This document shows positions 59,746 to 64,000 of a DNA stretch of 64,000 nt, in pieces. Positions within the stretch are counted from its first letter, which is position 1; each line of letters begins with the position of its first letter. The position numbers and the translations under genes were made by a program. Origin of the DNA: the human T2T-CHM13v2.0 reference genome, Homo sapiens. The stretch lies in the NCBI RefSeq assembly GCF_009914755.1, contig NC_060925.1. One strand, written 5' to 3'. Below the pieces are notes generated by a model. It did no database searches, was not told the DNA's origin, and was given only the letters and a program-made list of their open reading frames with translations.

Positions 59746-60009
59746 AGCGAAAACGTACATAAAATATCCCTGGAAGGATTCACAGGAACAGCATCCCACA
59801 GATTGCCTACAGGGTGAGACTGGGAGACAGGAATGGAAAAGATGCCTATTTTAACTTTACAATTTTCTGTACTATTTGATTTTTTTTTTTTAATAGATAC
59901 GGGGCTCTTTCTTTTTCGTCCAGGCTGGTCTCGAACTCCAGGGCTCACGCCTGGCCCTATTTGAATTTCGAACCATGTAAATGTACCATCTTTTCAGAAA
60001 AAAATAAAA

Positions 60010-61000
60010 TCCGTGTGGGCACGCGGGGACGCTCCGGGCCTCCGAGGGGGTGTGTCTTCTGCTTCTTTAACCTGGCAGGGGCGGTTCAAGTGGCCGGGGA
60101 AATCAGCGATTTGGAGGGTCGAGGGCTGGTGCTTTGAGAGAGACGCGGAGGGCAGAGAGGGATTCCCCGTCCCAGCTGCACTCGGTGCATCCCCTAGGTT
60201 ACTCCTTTTCTCGGCCCGCAGGGCCCCTAACCTGCTCGAACCTGTTGTGCAGTAGAGGCCGCCGAGTCCCTTTAAGGCCCCGCCGCGCCTGCGCCTTGGG
60301 TTCTCCTGACGCGGCCCATCCGGACCCTGAGGAGCCAGTGGGCTGCAGGCGCAGGCGCAGGCGCAGGCACAGGCGAGGGGTTGGGTGGCGGTTGAGACAG
60401 CGGCGGTACTGGGATGGGTAGGTGAGGATCCCGAGACTGAGTGAGCTTCTGCGCGCGGTGCTTTTGGGAACGCGGGACTGGCAACCTGCGGCGCCAGGAG
60501 CTGGGCCGAGGCGCGGCGGCGCGGCTGCGGGCCGCCGTCTGGATGGGAAGTTACGGCGAAGTCCACCCAGCGTTTCTCAGGTGAGGGCGCCGCGCCAGGC
60601 TGGACGGGCGGTGAATCCGGGACCGGCGGGCGCACACCTGGGTCGAGGCGCGGCCGTCGCAAGTTTTGTTGCGCGAGCGCGGGGGCGGGTGGGAGGTGGG
60701 GGGTGTGGGGGGTCGTGCACCGCCGGGGGCTGAGTTCCCCGCGCTGGATTCTTCGCCTGCCGCTGCCGCCCTCAGCCCAGCTCTCGTGGGCGCTGGGGAA
60801 GAAACTCGCTGGCGGGTGTTCTGTGGCATCCCAGGGGGTGGAGGGACGGAGCAGCTTCGGGGGCACGTCCTCCTATATCCTGTAGAGGACACTGACTCCG
60901 CACCCCACCCTCGAGGCCGGAAATCGGTTCCCTCTGCGGGCCTGAGAGGCGAGAGCGCTCGCGCCCCTGACTTGCAAAGTTGGGGTCTTTACTGGCCTCC
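60010..61000 (+). promoter_or_regulatory. NBPF3: CpG-island promoter and non-coding first exon of an NBPF gene (splice donor CAG|GTGAGG at 60580/60581)
   Basis: High GC and CpG content, NRF1-like GCGCCTGCGC (60285-60294) and (GCAGGC)n, GC boxes, strong donor. Gene identity is inferred from locus order; no coding exon lies in the window. Confidence 0.72.
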
Positions 61001-61613
61001 GGGCTTCTGCTCCTGGCGGTGTCTCCAGGCTGGTGATGGGCAAGCCAGGTGTGCCAGGTCCAGGATGCACATGAGGAGCGTTTGTAGCCATCACTGAATC
61101 ACCTCCTGACTAGCGGGGCAAGCCTCAAATGAACCGCAGGATTTCGGCTAGGTTGGATTGTGGGGTTGCTGTTTGCACTCCGAGGAGTTGCTGTGGTTTC
61201 CCTGTGCCTGTCTGTCTGTCTTTCTGGCTTCTTAGATCATCATCTCATGTGGCGTCCTTTCACCGAAGAGTTAACCAAGACGTTTGGCCTAGTTTCCTTG
61301 CTTTCCTTCTGTCTTTTGCTGCTAGAGCTGCTTTCGAAAAGAAGTCTTTTCTGGCAGTGGTACCTTTTCTTTGGGTTACGGTGTTGTTCATCCTTTCTTT
61401 GCCAAAGGAATGAATCCCAGTGCTTCACGAAGTTAAAGATCTGCTGGTAGTGTTTAATCTGTTTGGAGCTGATATGCGTTAGTAGCTTTCTTTTTGTTTT
61501 TAAATTTTATTAGTAAAATTTCACTAGTGAACCAGAAGCTATTTTTTTCTATTCTGAAATGCTGGCTTTAAGATTTCTGATAACTTTGCGTCAAAGAAAT
61601 CTTGGAAAAGTTA

Positions 61614-64000
<2,387 letters not shown>

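Noticed and set aside
59994-61097. 290-aa and other ORFs in the CpG island
   Set aside because: They are low-complexity GC-rich frames with no recognisable domain.

Overview
Human genomic DNA: it carries human-specific AluYb8 and SVA_F-type elements. The gene order matches my recollection of 1p36.12 just upstream of NBPF3. No prokaryotic features, RNA genes or CRISPR arrays are present. The left half (1-33.9 kb) is Alu/LTR/L1-dense. It is dominated by a 15.7-kb MER41-LTR provirus (9502-25233) that hosts a full-length SVA with 63 CCCTCT hexamers, 12 Alus, an MST LTR, a strongly G-to-A-skewed LTR10-like solo LTR and a PPP1R11 retrocopy. The right half is a segmental-duplication mosaic: two PDE4DIP-like exons (-), the last five exons of an NBPF/Olduvai (DUF1220) gene (-, NBPF2P) with an AluYb8 in its terminal exon, an intronless HS6ST1 retrocopy (+) with a fully intact 411-aa ORF, CROCC exons (+), and a CpG-island promoter/first exon attributed to NBPF3. 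There are three best leads. (1) The intact HS6ST1 retro-ORF, whose CpG island read antisense also supplies an in-frame, Kozak-optimal start for the headless but frame-intact Olduvai exons. (2) An ERV-supplied ATG that restores a PPP1R11 retro-ORF downstream of GAS-bearing MER41 LTR sequence. (3) A probable APOBEC3-hypermutated LTR. Family and gene names come from recognition of the sequence from memory, not from database searches.
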